From positions 59,522,001 to 59,586,000 of the forward strand of contig NC_058368.1 in NCBI RefSeq assembly GCF_018350175.1: 64,000 nt of DNA, written 5' to 3'. The notes under the pieces are model-generated. The model did not search any database, had not been told where the DNA came from, and was given only the letters and a program-made list of their open reading frames with translations. The stretch is from Felis catus. Taxonomy: Eukaryota. Shown here piece after piece: positions 24,010-36,769 of the stretch; within the stretch, counting starts at the first letter, position 1; the number at the start of each line of letters is the position of its first letter. The translations under genes and the position numbers were made by a program.

Positions 24010-27000
24010 TCAGGATCCACATAAGAGTGAAACCATATGGTATCTGTCTTTCTCTGTATGGCTTATTTCACTTAGCATCACACTCTCCAGTTCCATCCAC
24101 GTTGCTACAAAAGGGCATATTTCATTTTTTCTCATTGCCACATAGTACTCCATTGTGTATGTAAACCACAATTTCTTTATCCATTCATCAGTTGATGGAC
24201 ATTTAGGCTCTTTCCATAATTTGGCTATTGTTGAGAGTGCTGCTATAAACATTGGGGTACAAGTGGCCCTATGCATCAGTACTCCTGTATCCCTTGGATA
24301 AATTCCTAGTAGTGCTACTGCTGGGTCATAGGTAGGTCTATTTTTAATTTTCTGAGGAACCTCCACACTGCTTTCCAGAGCGGCTGCACCAATTTGCATT
24401 CCCACCAACAGTGCAAGAGGGTTCCCGTCTCTCCACATCCTCTCCAGCATCTAGAGTCTCCTGATTTGTTCATTTTGGCCACTCTGACTGGTGTGAGGTG
24501 ATATCTGAGTGCGGTTTTGATTTGAATTTCCCTGATAAGGAGCGACGCTGAACATCTTTTCATGTGCCTGTTGGCCATCCGGATGTCTTCTTTAGAGAAG
24601 TGTCTATTCATGTTTTCTGCCCATTTCTTCACTGGGTTATTTGTCTTTCGGGTGTGGAGTTTGGTGAGCTCTTTATAGATTTTGGATACTAGCCCTTTGT
24701 CCGATATGTCATTTGCGAATATCTTTTCCCATTCCGTTGGTTGCCTTTTAGTTTTGTTGGTTGTTTCCTTTGCTGTGCAGAAGCTTTTTATCTTCATAAG
24801 GTCCCAGTAATTCACTTTTGCTTTTAATTCCCTTGCCTTTAGGGATGTGTCGAGTAAGAGATTATTACGGCTGAGGTCAGAGAGGTCTTTTCCTGCTTTC
24901 TCCTCTAGGGTTTTGATGGTTTCCTGTCTCACATTTAGGTCCTTTATCCATTTTGAGTTTATTTTTGTGAATGGTGAGAAAGTGGTCTAGTTTCAACCTT
25001 CTGCATGTTGCTGTCCAGTTCTCCCAGCACCATTTGTTAAAGAGGCTGTCTTTTTTCCATTGGATGTTCTTTCCTGCTTTGTCAAAGATGAGTTGGCCAT
25101 ACGTTTGTGGGTCTAGTTCTGGGGTTTCTATTCTATTCCATTGGTCTATGTGTCTGTTTTTGTGCCAATACCATGCTGTCTTGATGATGACATCTTTGTA
25201 GTAGAGGCTAAAGTCTGGGATTGTGATGCCTCCTGCTTTGGTCTTCTTCTTCAAAATTCCTTTGGCTATTCGGGGCCTTTTGTGGTTCCATATGAATTTT
25301 AGGATTGCTTGTTCTAGTTTCGAGAAGAATGCTGGTGCAATTTTGATTGGGATTGCATTGAATGTGTAGATAGCTTTGGGTAGTATTGACATTTTGACAA
25401 TATTTATTTTTCCAATCCATGAGCAGGGAATGTCTTTCCATTTCTTTAAATCTTCTTCAATTTCCTTCATAAGCTTTCTATAGTTTTCAGCATACAGATC
25501 CTTTACATCTTTGGTTAGATTTATTCCTAGGTATTTTATGCTTCTTGGTGCAATTGTGAATGGGATCAGTTTCTTTATTTGTCTTTCTGTTGCTTCATTG
25601 TTAGTGTATAAGAATGCAACTGATTTCTGTACATTGATTTTGTATCCTGCAACTTTGTTGAATTCCTGTATCAGTTCTAGCAAACTTTTGGTGGAGTCTG
25701 TCGGATTTTCCATGTATACTATCATGTCAGCTGCAAAAAGCGAAAGCTTGACTTCATCTTTGCCAATTTTGATGCCTTTGATTTCCTTTTGTTGTCTGAT
25801 TGCTGATGCTAGAACTTCCAGCACTATGTTAAACAGCAGCGGTGAGAGTGGGCATCCTTGTCGTGTTCCTGATCTCAGGGAAAAAGCTCTCAGTTTTTCC
25901 CCGTTGAGGATGATGTTAGCTGTGGGCTTTTCATAAATGGCTTTTATGATCTTTAAGTATGTTCCTTCTATCCCGACTTTCTTGAGGGTTTTTATTAAGA
26001 AAGGGTGCTGGATTTTGTCAAAGGCCTTTTCTGCATCGATTGACAGGATCATATGGTTCTTATCTTTTCTTTTATTAATGTGATGTATCACGTTGATTGA
26101 TTTGCGAATGTTGAACCAACCTTGCATCCCAGGAATGAATCCCACTTGATCATGGTGAATAATTCTTTTTATATGCCGTTGAATTCGATTTGCTAGTATC
26201 TTATTGAGAATTTTTGCATCCATATTCATCAGGGATATTGGCCTGTAGTTCTCTTTTTTTACTGGGTCTCTGTCTGGTTTAGGAATCAAAGTAATACTGG
26301 CTTCAAAGAATGAGTCTGGAAGTTTTGCTTCCCTTTCTATTTCTTGGAATAGCTTGAGAAGGATAGGTATTATCTCTGCTTTAAACGTCTGGTAGAACTC
26401 CCCTGGGAAGCCATCTGGTCCTGGACTCTTATTTGTTGGGAGATTTTTGATAACCGATTCAATTTCATCACTGGTGATGGGTCTGTTCAAGCTTTCTATT
26501 TCCTCCTGATTGAGTTTTGGAAGAGTGTGGGTGTTCAGGAATTTGTCCATTTCTTCCAGGTGGTCCAATTTGTTGGCATATAATTTCTCATAGTATTCCC
26601 TGATAATTGTTTGTATCTCTGAGGGATTGGTTGTAATAATTCCATTTTCATTCATGATTTTATCTATTTGGGTCATTTCCCTTTTCTTTTTGAGAAGCCT
26701 GGCTAGAGGTTTGTCAATGTTGTTTATTTTTTCAAAAAACCAACTCTTGGTTTCGTTGATCTGCTCTACTGTTCTTTTAGATTGTATATTGTTTATTTCT
26801 GCTCTGATCTTTATTCTTTCTTTTCTTCTGCTGGGTTTAGGCTGTCTTTGCTGTTCTGCTTCTATTTCCTTTAGGTGTGCTGTTAGATTTTGTATTTGGG
26901 ATTTTTCTTGTGTCTTGAGATAGGCCTGGATTGCAATGTATTTTCCTCTCAGGACTGCCTTTGCTGCATCCCAAAGCGTTTGGATTGTTGTATTTTCATT

Positions 27001-27831
27001 TTAATCTGTTTCCATCTATTTTTAAACATCTTCCCTAATTGCCTGGTTGACCCATTCATTCTTTAGTAGGGTGTTCTTTAACCTCCATGCTTTTGGAGGT
27101 TTTCCAGACTTTTTTCTGTGGTTGATTTCAAGCTTCATAGCATTGTGGTCTGAAAGTATGCATGGTATAATTTCAATTCTTGTAAACGTATGAAGAGCTG
27201 TTTTGTGACCCAGTATATGATCTATCTTGGAGAATGTTCCATGTACACTCGAGAAGAAAGTATATTCTGTTGCTTTGGGATGTAGAGTTCTAAATATATC
27301 TGTCAAGTCCATCTGATCCAATGTCTCATTCAGGGCCCTTGTTTCTTTATTGACCGTGTGTCTAGATGATCTATCCATTTCTGTAAGTGGGGTATTAAAG
27401 TCCCCTGCAATTACCACATTCTTATCAATAAGGTTGCTTATGTTTATGAGTAATTGTTTTATATATTTGGGGGCTCCGGTATTTGGCACATAGATATTTA
27501 TAATTGTTAGCTCTACCTGATGGATAGACCCTGTAACTATTGTATAATGTCCTTCTTCATCTCTTGTTACAGTCTTTAATTTAAACTCTAGTTTGTCTGA
27601 TATAAGTATGGCTACTCCAGCTTTCTTTTGGCTTCCAGTCGCATGATAAATAGTTCTCCATCCCCTCACTCTCAATCTAAAGGTGTCCTCAGGTCTAAAA
27701 TGAGTCTCTTGTAGACAGCAAATAGATGGGTCTTGTTTTTTTATCCATTCTGATACCCTATGTCTTTTGGTTGGCACATTTAATCCATTTACATTCAGTG
27801 TTATTATAGAAAGATACGGGTTTGGAGTCAT
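24010..27831 (-). pseudogene. L1 ORF2 (APE endonuclease-RT-C-terminal domain), disrupted
   Basis: EN motifs NVNGLN, LQETH, GDFNTP, SDHN; RT motifs YRPISL, QGCPLSP; 3 stops at 27001-27024, FADD->FAAD, frameshifts near 24975 and 24331. Confidence 0.96.
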
Positions 27832-27881
27832 TGTGATGTCTGTATGTTTTATGCTTGTAGTGATGTCTCTGGGACTTTGTC

Positions 27882-28776
27882 TCACAGGGTCCCCCTTAGG
27901 ATCTCTTGTAGGGCTGGTTTAGTGGTGACAAATTCCTTCAGTTTTTGTTTGTTTGGGAAGACCTTTATCTCTCCTTCTATTCTAAATGACAGACTTGCTG
28001 GATAAAGGATTCTCGGCTGCATATTTTTTTCTGTCTAGCACCCTGAAAATCTCATGCCAATTCTTTCTGGCCTGCCAAATTTCAAAAGAGAGATCAGTCA
28101 CAAGTCTTATAGGTCTCCCTTTATATGTGAGGGCACGTTTATCCCTTGCTGCTTTCAGAATTTTCTCTTTATCCTTGTATTTTGCCAGTTTCCCTATGAT
28201 ATGTCGTGCAGAAGATCGCTTCAAGTTACGTCTGAAGGGAGTTCTCTGTTCCTCTTGGATTTCAGTGCCTTTTTCCTTCCCCAGTTCAGGGAAGTTCTCA
28301 GCTATTATTTCTTCAAGTACCCCTTCAGCACCTTTCCCTCTCTCTTCCTCCTCGGGGATACCAATTATGCGTATATTATTTCTTTTTAGTGTATCACTTA
28401 GTTCTCTAATTTTCCCCTCATACTCCTGGATTTTTTTATCTCTCTTTTTCTCAGCTTCCTCTTTTTCCATAACTTTATCTTCTAGTTCACCTATTCTCTC
28501 CTCTGCCTCTTCAAGCCGAGCCGTGGTGGTTTCCATTTTGTTATGCATTTCGTTTAAAGCGTTTTTCAGCTCCTCGTGACTGTTCCTTAGTCCCTTGATC
28601 TCTGTAGCAAGAGATTCTCTGCTGTCCTGTATACTGTTTTCAAGCCCAGCGATTAATTTTATGACTATTATTCTAAATTCACTTTCTGTTATATTATTTA
28701 AATCCTTTTTGATCAGCTCATTAGCTGTTGTTATTTCCTGGAGATTCTTCTGAGGGGAATTCTTCCGCTTGGTCAT
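27882..28776 (-). pseudogene. L1 ORF1 (coiled coil-RRM-CTD), frameshifted
   Basis: MTKRKNSPQK... coiled coil, NIRIIGIPE, KILKAAR; one extra T in the run at 28024-28030 compared with the copy at ~50220 shifts the C-terminus. Confidence 0.95.
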
Positions 28777-29703
28777 TTTGGATAGTCCCTGGCGTGGTGA
28801 GGACCTGCAGGGCACTTCCCCTGTGCTGTGGTGTATAACTGGAGTTGGTGGGTGGGGCCGCAGTCAGACCTGATGTCTGCCCCCAGCCCACCGCTGGGGC
28901 CACAGTCAGACTGGTGTGTGCCTTCTCTTCCCCTCTCCTAGGGGCGGGATTCACTGTGGGGTGGTGTGGCCCGTCTGGGCTACTTGCACACTGCCAGGCT
29001 TGTGATGCTGGGGATCTGGCGTATTAGCTGGGGTGGGTAGGCAAGGTGCACAGGGGCAGGAGGGGCAGGCTTAGATCGCTTCTCCTTAAGTGATCCACTT
29101 CAGGAGGGGCCGTGTGGCAGCGGGAGGGAGTCAGATCTGCTGCCGGAGGTTTGGCTCCGCAAAAGCAGAGTTGGGTGTTTGCGTGGAGCGAGCAAGATCC
29201 CTGGCAGGAACTGGTTCACTTTGGGATTTTGGCTGGGGGATGGGCGGGGGAGATGGCGCTGGCCAGCGCCTTTGTTCCCCGCCAAACTGAGCTCTGTCCT
29301 CAGGGGGCTCAGCAGCTCTCCCTCCCTTTGTCCTCCAGCCTTCCGGCTTCCTGAGCAGAGCTGGTAACTTATGACCTCCCAGACGCTAAGTCGCACTTGT
29401 TGTGGGAACACAGTCCATCAGGCCTCTCCGCTTTTGCCAGCCAGATTCGGGGGCTCTGCTTGGCCGGCGAGCCGCCCCTCCACCCCCGCTCCCTCCCGCC
29501 AGTCCGTGGAGCGCGCACCGCCTCGCCGCCCTTCCTACCCTCTTCCGTGGGCCTCTCGTCTGTGTTTGGCTCCGGCGACTCCGTTCTGCTAATCCTCTGG
29601 TGGTTTTCTGGGTTATTTAGGCAGGTGTAGGTGGAATCTAAGTGATCAGCAGGACGTGCGGTGAGCCCAGTGTCCTCCTAAGCCGCCATCTTGCAAACCC
29701 CTC
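28777..29703 (-). promoter_or_regulatory. L1 5'UTR internal promoter, CpG-rich, with YY1-type site
   Basis: GC/CpG-rich in an AT-rich window; minus-strand AAGATGGCG at 29684-29692, 11 nt from the 5' end. Confidence 0.85.
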
Positions 29704-31924
29704 CTTAAGGCCAGTTTCAAATGGACCACTTCCATGCTATGGAGGACCTCCACCATGCTTGCCTAAAATTATCAATCTATGGTTCAATTAACAGTGTCAC
29801 AATATGAAGTTGTAGTTACTTATTCAATACATGCCCAATGATAAAATATACAATCTCTACCAAGCCCCAGTGTCATAGGAGCTGTTTTTAAAAAGGACTT
29901 TTTTTTTTTTTTTTGCCACAGAGGGTGTGGTCTTGCTGTAGCACTCTAGGAACCTGAGAGCCTGCTCTCCTACTGAGTTTAACACAAAAGCCTCACAGTG
30001 TGAATGTCAGCAAAACACATCTATGTCACTTTAGTTCTGTTGGTTCCATGGTCCTAAAGTTAAGCAGCATGTTCCATAGCCTGTTTTTACTACAGAGAAC
30101 TCTTTTGCTCTAGATCACATTATGAACTAACAGAATATCTTGTCACATATTTAATAGTTTAGGTGAGAATAGTAGACTCATGTATGGTTTATACTGTCTT
30201 AAAATCCAAAGAAGCGCATTAAGTATTTGTTTCTCAGTGGTAGAAGTCAGTTTCTTGAGAATAGAAAGAGCTTTATATTAAAGAGGACGTCTTAAGATAA
30301 TCCAAAATTCTGTACCTATAAAACTTCACTGATTTCAAACATTTTCAACTTTTTAGACATCATCTTGACACTCTAGCAAATGTGTTGTTTACTAGAGAAT
30401 TTAAGGTTTTGCCACTTCCTACTCATCTGATCAAAAATAGCATAATATCATTAACACAGAGTATTGGTATGATTAAGGACCCTACATAATACAGAAACTA
30501 TTATGTCCAGGAACAGAAGAACAAACAGAGCCCTGCAGCCAGGACACTGAAGGTGCACTACTGAATTCCCTTAAAAAATATATATGTATATTATATATAA
30601 TATACATATAATGCATATATATACATACAGTATGTATACATACATACAGTAGTGAAATACATTGTATACACATGTAATACAATGAATATATGTAACAATA
30701 TATATAATCTTTCTTCTTAAAGAGGATTAAGAAAAAAAAATTCACCAAACTAAAATCTACATGCAAAATATCACAGGCTGTACTGATCTGCTCCATACAA
30801 AATACAACATCTGGTACAACAGCATTTTGGGCTATCCAGTGATTAATGTTATGGTAATCTTCTATTTTCCATAGAAATTCAGATAGTAGATTAAAAGGAA
30901 CAACAGTGGATACATGTCTCTCTGCATCTTTAAAATCTTTTTATGTTTTCTCTGTAAATATATCTGTAAGTATATCTAGAATGCTTTGTATATACTATCT
31001 TGGCCAGAGGATTGGTAGTTTTAGGGGCTTCCTTCCAGGTCCTTCTAGCACAAAGATCCAATGTGAGAACCAATGCGAGGCTTCTTTCATTTGTTTAATA
31101 TATCTATTTCATATAGACACTCAAGAATTGGAAAATCTATTGTGCAAGAATACATTAGACACCCTATATGATAATCTCAGTCCAAAACCACTTATTACTT
31201 GATGTTCATATGTCAATCCAAAAAATTATTTTTGCATTTCAAGTAATTTAGTTTCTGTGTCAGCTCAAATATTATATGTAAAAATAATCCAAAAGTCCTA
31301 GTGATTGTCATTTTTTTCTGATACACAGTTGCATTAACAAATTATAAAAGCCCCTTTTGGAGAAGAATTAGAGGCATCGCATTTTATTTCATGACTTACG
31401 ATATTTTATATCTTAAAATTGATGATTTAGATCCTTCCTTAAGAAGACCTTTCCACACTTCAAGCAATGGAAAATGACTTAGGTTTGGAAGCCTTGTGAA
31501 GCAGTAGTATTTATTACCATGAAAGCTTGGATCAGCCTTCTGCTCACTAGTTTTTCTGACCTTCTGTCTTATCTGTCTTATCCCTATCTTACCCCTTATT
31601 AGAATGCTGTTTTCTAATAGATACCTTCAGAATAAAGCATGTTCAATGCCACTCCTGCCTTGGCCATTATGGGAATATTTATCTTCCTTTGACATTTATG
31701 TGCTGGTATCTGGACTATGAAGTTCTAGAATCCCATCACTCTCATTGATATTTGGGATACCAGTTAAATATAATATCTCTGAGTGTTATTTTAAACTTAC
31801 AGTACATAATTAGAAACTAACTTCTCAAAGATACTGTATTATGCCACACTTTACACACTTTATTATGTTAAGGAAGGGAATATCTTTTTGGTTCTCCCAG
31901 GAAACAGATTAAGTGGTGAGAACC

Positions 31925-32304
31925 TGTTATAGGATGAACTGTGTCTCCGTAAAATTCATTTATTTGTCTTAATGTCTAGTACCTCAGAATGTGACTATAT
32001 TTAGACAAAGGGTCTGTAAAGAAATAATAAAGTTAAATGAAGTGATTAGGGTGGAACCTATCCAATATGACTGGTTTCATTATAAAAATAAGAAATTTGG
32101 ACACAGACAGTTACAGAGGAAAGACCGAAAATACAGGGAGAATTTGGCCATGCATAAGCCAAGGAAAGAGGTCTCAGAAGAGTTCAACCTTGCCATCATC
32201 TTGACCTCAGATTTGCAGCCTCCAAACAGTGAGGAAATAAATTCTGTTGTTTAACCCATACTGTCTATAGTTCTTTATTATGGCTTCCCTTAAAAAGTAA
32301 TATA
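31925..32304 (+). mobile_element. MLT1A/B-like MaLR solo LTR
   Basis: tgttataggatgaactgtgtc...tacctcagaatgtgactatattt...cagcctccaaacagtgaggaaataaattctgttgtttaa. Confidence 0.85.
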
Positions 32305-32359
32305 GCAGTCACATTTTAGTTAGAAAGCTATTTTAAGAGGTCTGTGTACATCACATCTA

Positions 32360-32900
32360 TATATATTTGAGCAGCCATATCTCCACTGGATTCCAGAATC
32401 ATAAATCTAAATGCAAACTCAATATTTCCACATGTAGTTCTACAGTTTCTTAAATTTAACACATGAAAAACAGAATTCCTTAAATTCTGTGCATGTGGGT
32501 AGCATTATTCTTCCACTCAAAACCTGACAAATCAAATCAGTCCTTCTAATTGTTCGTGCAAAAAGCTGTCAAACTTGCGTACTCTTTGGTACCAGTAAAC
32601 TAGTAAGGGGGAGTAAAACAGAAGATGAAGTCACTAAAACAGGAAATAGCATAGAACCAAATCTGTTGTGTAGTTTGCAAGTTCACTGTAATAACTCCAG
32701 CTTGAAATGAGGTGAGAAGACAGTAGGTAATTACAAGCATAGGAATGATATGATCTGCCTTAAATTTTAAGAAGATTACACTAGCTACTACATTAAGAAT
32801 AAATGAAAGAGGAGCAACCAGGAAGAAGGGACACACTAAGAGGATTATTGCAAAGTTATAGGATAAAGATGATGGTGTGTTGGTATAGGGTAGAAGTATT
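32360..32900. mobile_element. L2 relics
   Basis: gatatgatctgccttaaattttaagaagattacactagctact and similar L2-like motifs. Confidence 0.5.
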
Positions 32901-32901
32901 G

Positions 32902-33006
32902 GAGCTGTCAGCACACAGCTCGACACGGGGCTCGAACTCACAAACCTCAAAATCACAACCTGAGCTGAAGTGGGATGCTTAACCGACTGAGCTGCTCTGG
33001 AGCACC
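32902..33006 (-). mobile_element. Can-SINE 5' half only
   Basis: tRNA-derived head present; CT tract and tail absent. Confidence 0.85.
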
Positions 33007-34263
33007 GAGAGGAATAATATTTAAATGATTTGGTTATATTTTTGCTTTCTTAATTTTTTACAGATATCATCATCTTAACTACAGTTAATACTCAAAGATA
33101 AATTATACATAACCTTGGAATAAAAAGCTAAAATTATATAAATGGCATCATCCAATTTCTTTAATATTCATTTATAATTAATGGGAACTCCATAGATTAC
33201 ATGTCCAGTGCGTTATATGCATTTTTCTACTGTTGAGTTATTAAATGTTACTTTAATTATGTTTTATTCCTTTGAACACTAATAGTGTGAATTTATTGAG
33301 GCAAAATAGATGTTAATATACATGGATGTCAAAGATGTCTGTAGACAATATTTTTTAGTTTCTTCATAGAAAAATATTTTAGTTATGTCATTAATGTAAA
33401 ATTTGTTTAGTTTCTGGTAATTAAATAGTTAATTGTCTCTATATAAATGTTTACCATATGACAGATGTGTCAGATACTTGGATTAAAATCAAAGCTATTG
33501 AACAAATCCGTAATTCCTTTGATAAAGTACTAGAATGCACACGTTGATTTACTTATTTTTTTTTCATCACATTTGGAATCTCCATGTCCATTCAATGGTT
33601 TTAGATTATCATTTGTTCTGACCAAGTATATATTATATATATTAAAATTCATGTATAAATATACTTTTGCAAACTTCCCAACTTGGTATTTGCACCTGCT
33701 TGCTAACCTTAGCATACCCTATCAGGATGAAAGATTTTCATTTAAATAGCCCACTAGAAAATCTTATATAAACTTCTTAGACATGCTAAAGAAAGCCTTT
33801 GATAGTAGAGGTGATTTAAATTAGTGCTAATTTAGAACCCTTTTGAGAATATTTCCCTGTCAGCTCAGTGCTTAACATGGAGCTAATTAGAGCTATTTTG
33901 CCCACAAATGGTGATTGTTAAGTCCAGCAACAATACACACTGAATGATTAAAGTGCCTCGAAACAGAAATAGAACTGCAATTTTCATTAGAGGGTATTTT
34001 CTTTTCTGCTTTTGACCTCATAGATTCAATTTTTGAAAGAATAATACCTCTTATTAAAGGTACTGGGCAGGGAAAAATGACTGGCCTGACTTCTAAAAAA
34101 AGGATAAAAAGTAATTGTGTATTTTCCTGATGGAGATGATATATTTTATAAAGCATATTCATTTAAATGAAACCATACATACTCGTATTTTACTATTAAT
34201 TTATCATTGCAATTTTAAAGGGGATGAAAGGATAACTACTTACTGTTTTTTAACCACCTTGGA

Positions 34264-34415
34264 TTTTTTAAACTGAGGTGAAATTCACATAACATATAAT
34301 GAACCATTTTAAAGTGGACAATTCAGTGGCACGTAGTAGATTCACAGTGTTATGCAAAAAGCGTGTCTCTTTAGTTTTAAAAATTTTTGTCACTCCAGAA
34401 GTCATTAAGTAATCT
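34264..34415 (-). mobile_element. L1MB-like 3' end fragment
   Basis: tgaggtgaaattcacataacata...ttttaaagtggacaattcagtggca. Confidence 0.75.
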
Positions 34416-35797
34416 TTACTGTAACTTTCTACATCCTAAGTAAAGCCTCTCTCTTTTGGAAATTTTAGTCAGCCTCAACATTTTCAGGATATGGAGAACA
34501 CCTATTTGTCAGGATAGATTCCATTTTTTGGTGTAGAATATAGACCAGCGATATTCCCGGAGCTGAGGAAGAGCTGTGACTCTTGACAGTGGTGTATGTA
34601 TGAATTCTTATCTCTCTTGTGCTGCTTCTTTCTCTGTACAGAAAAATTGTAACCCTTTGGCCTTCAGTAATATGCAGGTTTTTGCCCTTGAATTAAATAC
34701 CCTTGAGGTTTTTGTTATTTTCATACTATCAAGGTTAATTCAGATTAAAGAGGCATTTCAAACTGTTAGTTCTATTTAGAGGAACTAGGCTGAGATACAG
34801 AGGCATATCTAATAAAAGAGTAATAGCGTTCTTTCTTATTACCACTTTCCTGCCAGTTCCAAGAACTTGTTTTTGGCCATGGGGGTTGGGCAACCCTGGA
34901 TTTAGCTGCTATCTTTTACTTTATTTACAAATAGCCTCCCTGAATTACACAGCACATTGAAGTGGTTTGTTTCTTTGTTTAGAATAGCTTCCCACCTGCT
35001 ATGCAGCTTACTTTCTTTCTTTGGCACACTTTGACTTCAGTTTCCTTTTCTTAAGCTTGTCCTTGGAATGTGTATTCTTAGCTGCAGACTTCTCCTTAGT
35101 ATATAGCTCTTCTGTTTTCTTATGTGTTATTTTATTAGATGAGACATGGTATCTTTTAATGACTGCCACTTTTCAACCTTAGTTTAGCCCAATTATGAAT
35201 AATCATTGAGGTGTTTAAAGTGGGTGCTTTTCTTTGTTTTATGCAATAAACCTTCCTTTTATGAGGTCATGAAGATTTTTGGGTAAAGTCGCTTAAAACT
35301 TTACGTCCCTAAATTCATTGTCTCCTAATTTCTCAAGTTGGACAGACAATTTTACCTTTTTTGGTCACAGTTAACTAACCTGTAAAGCAGATATAACAGT
35401 AGAATCAACTAATGAATTTATTGTGGAGCTCTAGTGGCTTAATGCATGCAAAAATGCTTAAAACAATGACAGGCAAAATGTGCTATTTTTGTTATTGCTA
35501 AAATGATTCAACTTTTTTTCCTGATGGGGTAACTAATTGATTCATTTTAATGGTGATTTTCCTATTATATTTATGCAAATACTGTCTATCTTTAAAAGTT
35601 TACCTATATATTATCTATACTTATAGATCAATGTAGACCTTTCTCTAATGACATGTAATCGTTCTTAGTTTTAGTCTTGTAATGCTCATACTTAATGTGC
35701 AAATAAAATGCAGTATTTTGATAATTCTGTGACAGGCTATAGTTAGTTTTATATTCTTTCTTTTCCTTTACTATATACCATTTTCAGTATAGGAAAG

Positions 35798-36101
35798 TGT
35801 GGTAGGGTCCCCTCCCTAAGGAAAGAAAAAAAAAACCCTCAAGGCAAACTGACTATATGCATAGGTGACAACATCCCTCACAACCTTGTAACATGAGACC
35901 ACTTAATCAGACTACATGTTTGTGTGTTACCATATATGGGAGACAAAGAAGTAAAAAAATATATAAAAAACTATGCCACGTGGCTTTCTGGGCTCAGTTC
36001 TTTGGGTACAAACCCAACTGAGTGGTGCTGGCAGGAATAAAGTCGCTTCCTGGAAAGAAAAGCCTCTGTGTCACGACTGTGTGTGCAAGAATCCTGCTAC
36101 A
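35798..36101 (+). mobile_element. ERV1-type solo LTR, 304 bp
   Basis: TG...CA ends; imperfect terminal inverted repeats tgtggtagg/cctgctaca; 4-bp TSD aaag (35794-35797, 36102-36105); TATA-like 35960-35970; AATAAA 36036-36041. Confidence 0.9.
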
Positions 36102-36287
36102 AAAGTAATTATTCTCTTAGTAGATTACAAGATTATATTTTGCCATGATTGTATTAGTAAAAAATTCCTAGATTCATTGACTATTCCTGTTTTTTTTCTC
36201 AGTGGGTTTTATACTAGCATGCAGACTTAAATGTTTTCAGGCTTTATTAAACAGTTGGTAAAAGTGTCAGTACTAATATACTGGTAT

Positions 36288-36504
36288 ATTATTTGTTTAT
36301 TTTAGTCCTAGTATAGTTAACATACATTGTGATATTAGTTTCAGGTGTACAATATAGTGATTGAACAATTCTATACATCAGGATAAGTGTACACCTTATC
36401 CCCTTCATGTATTTCACCTGTCTGCCACTAACTTTTCCCCTGGTAACCATCAGATTGTTCTCTATAGTTAGTCTAGTTTTTGGTTTGACTCTTTTTTCTT
36501 TGCT
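36288..36504 (-). mobile_element. Carnivore-type L1 3'UTR fragment
   Basis: tatagttaacatac...tattagtttcaggtgtacaatatagtgatt...ctggtaaccatcag. Confidence 0.8.
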
Positions 36505-36701
36505 CATTTATTTTTGAGAGAGAGAGAGAGACAGAGTGCGAGCAGGGGAGGAGCAGAGAGAGTGAGACACAGAATCCGAAGCAGGCTCCAGGCTCTGAGC
36601 TGTCAGCACAGAGCCCAAAGCGGGACTCGAACTCACTGACCATGAGGTCATGACCTGAGCCGAAGTTGGATGCTTAACTGACTGAGCCACCCAGGCGCCC
36701 C
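36505..36701 (-). mobile_element. Can-SINE
   Basis: Reverse-complement SINE. Confidence 0.94.
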
Positions 36702-36769
36702 TCTTCTATCTATTTTTATTGTTTAATTTTTATTTAAAATTTTTTGTTAGTTTCAGGTTTTTATTTAAA

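Larger units (their letters stand above)
23710..29703 (-). mobile_element. Full-length (~6.0 kb) young felid LINE-1, inactivated, with 53-bp 3' transduction
   Basis: 5'UTR, ORF1, ORF2, 3'UTR and poly(A) all present; perfect 15-bp TSD cttaaggccagtttc at 23695-23709 and 29704-29718; nick site TTTC/AA. Confidence 0.98.
21780..31800 (-). mobile_element. Highly degenerate ERVL-like internal (pol/gag) relic, split by a SINE and the full-length L1
   Basis: Minus 30438-30458 reads CVNDIML, resembling ERVL RT YIDDIML, with a decayed LPQG-like motif just upstream; flanks of the L1 resemble ERVL pol (from memory). Confidence 0.55.

Noticed and set aside
24877..26676. 599-aa reverse transcriptase ORF as a novel RT system or functional gene
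   Set aside because: It is an internal piece of ordinary L1 ORF2, bounded by stops and a frameshift, with a mutated catalytic Asp.
27986..28579. 197-aa plus-strand ORF, and similar ones at 25511..25936, 42357..42749 and 45815..46426
   Set aside because: Antisense shadows of A-rich L1 coding sequence; Ser/Phe/Leu-rich with no independent support.
28845..29630. ORF0-like antisense ORFs in the L1 5'UTR
   Set aside because: Short frames expected in GC-rich DNA, mostly with non-ATG starts, and not preserved in the 51-kb paralog.
34488..34593. Possible exon flanked by ttttcag and gtatgt
   Set aside because: Stops in all three frames and a weak donor; a non-coding exon cannot be supported from sequence alone.
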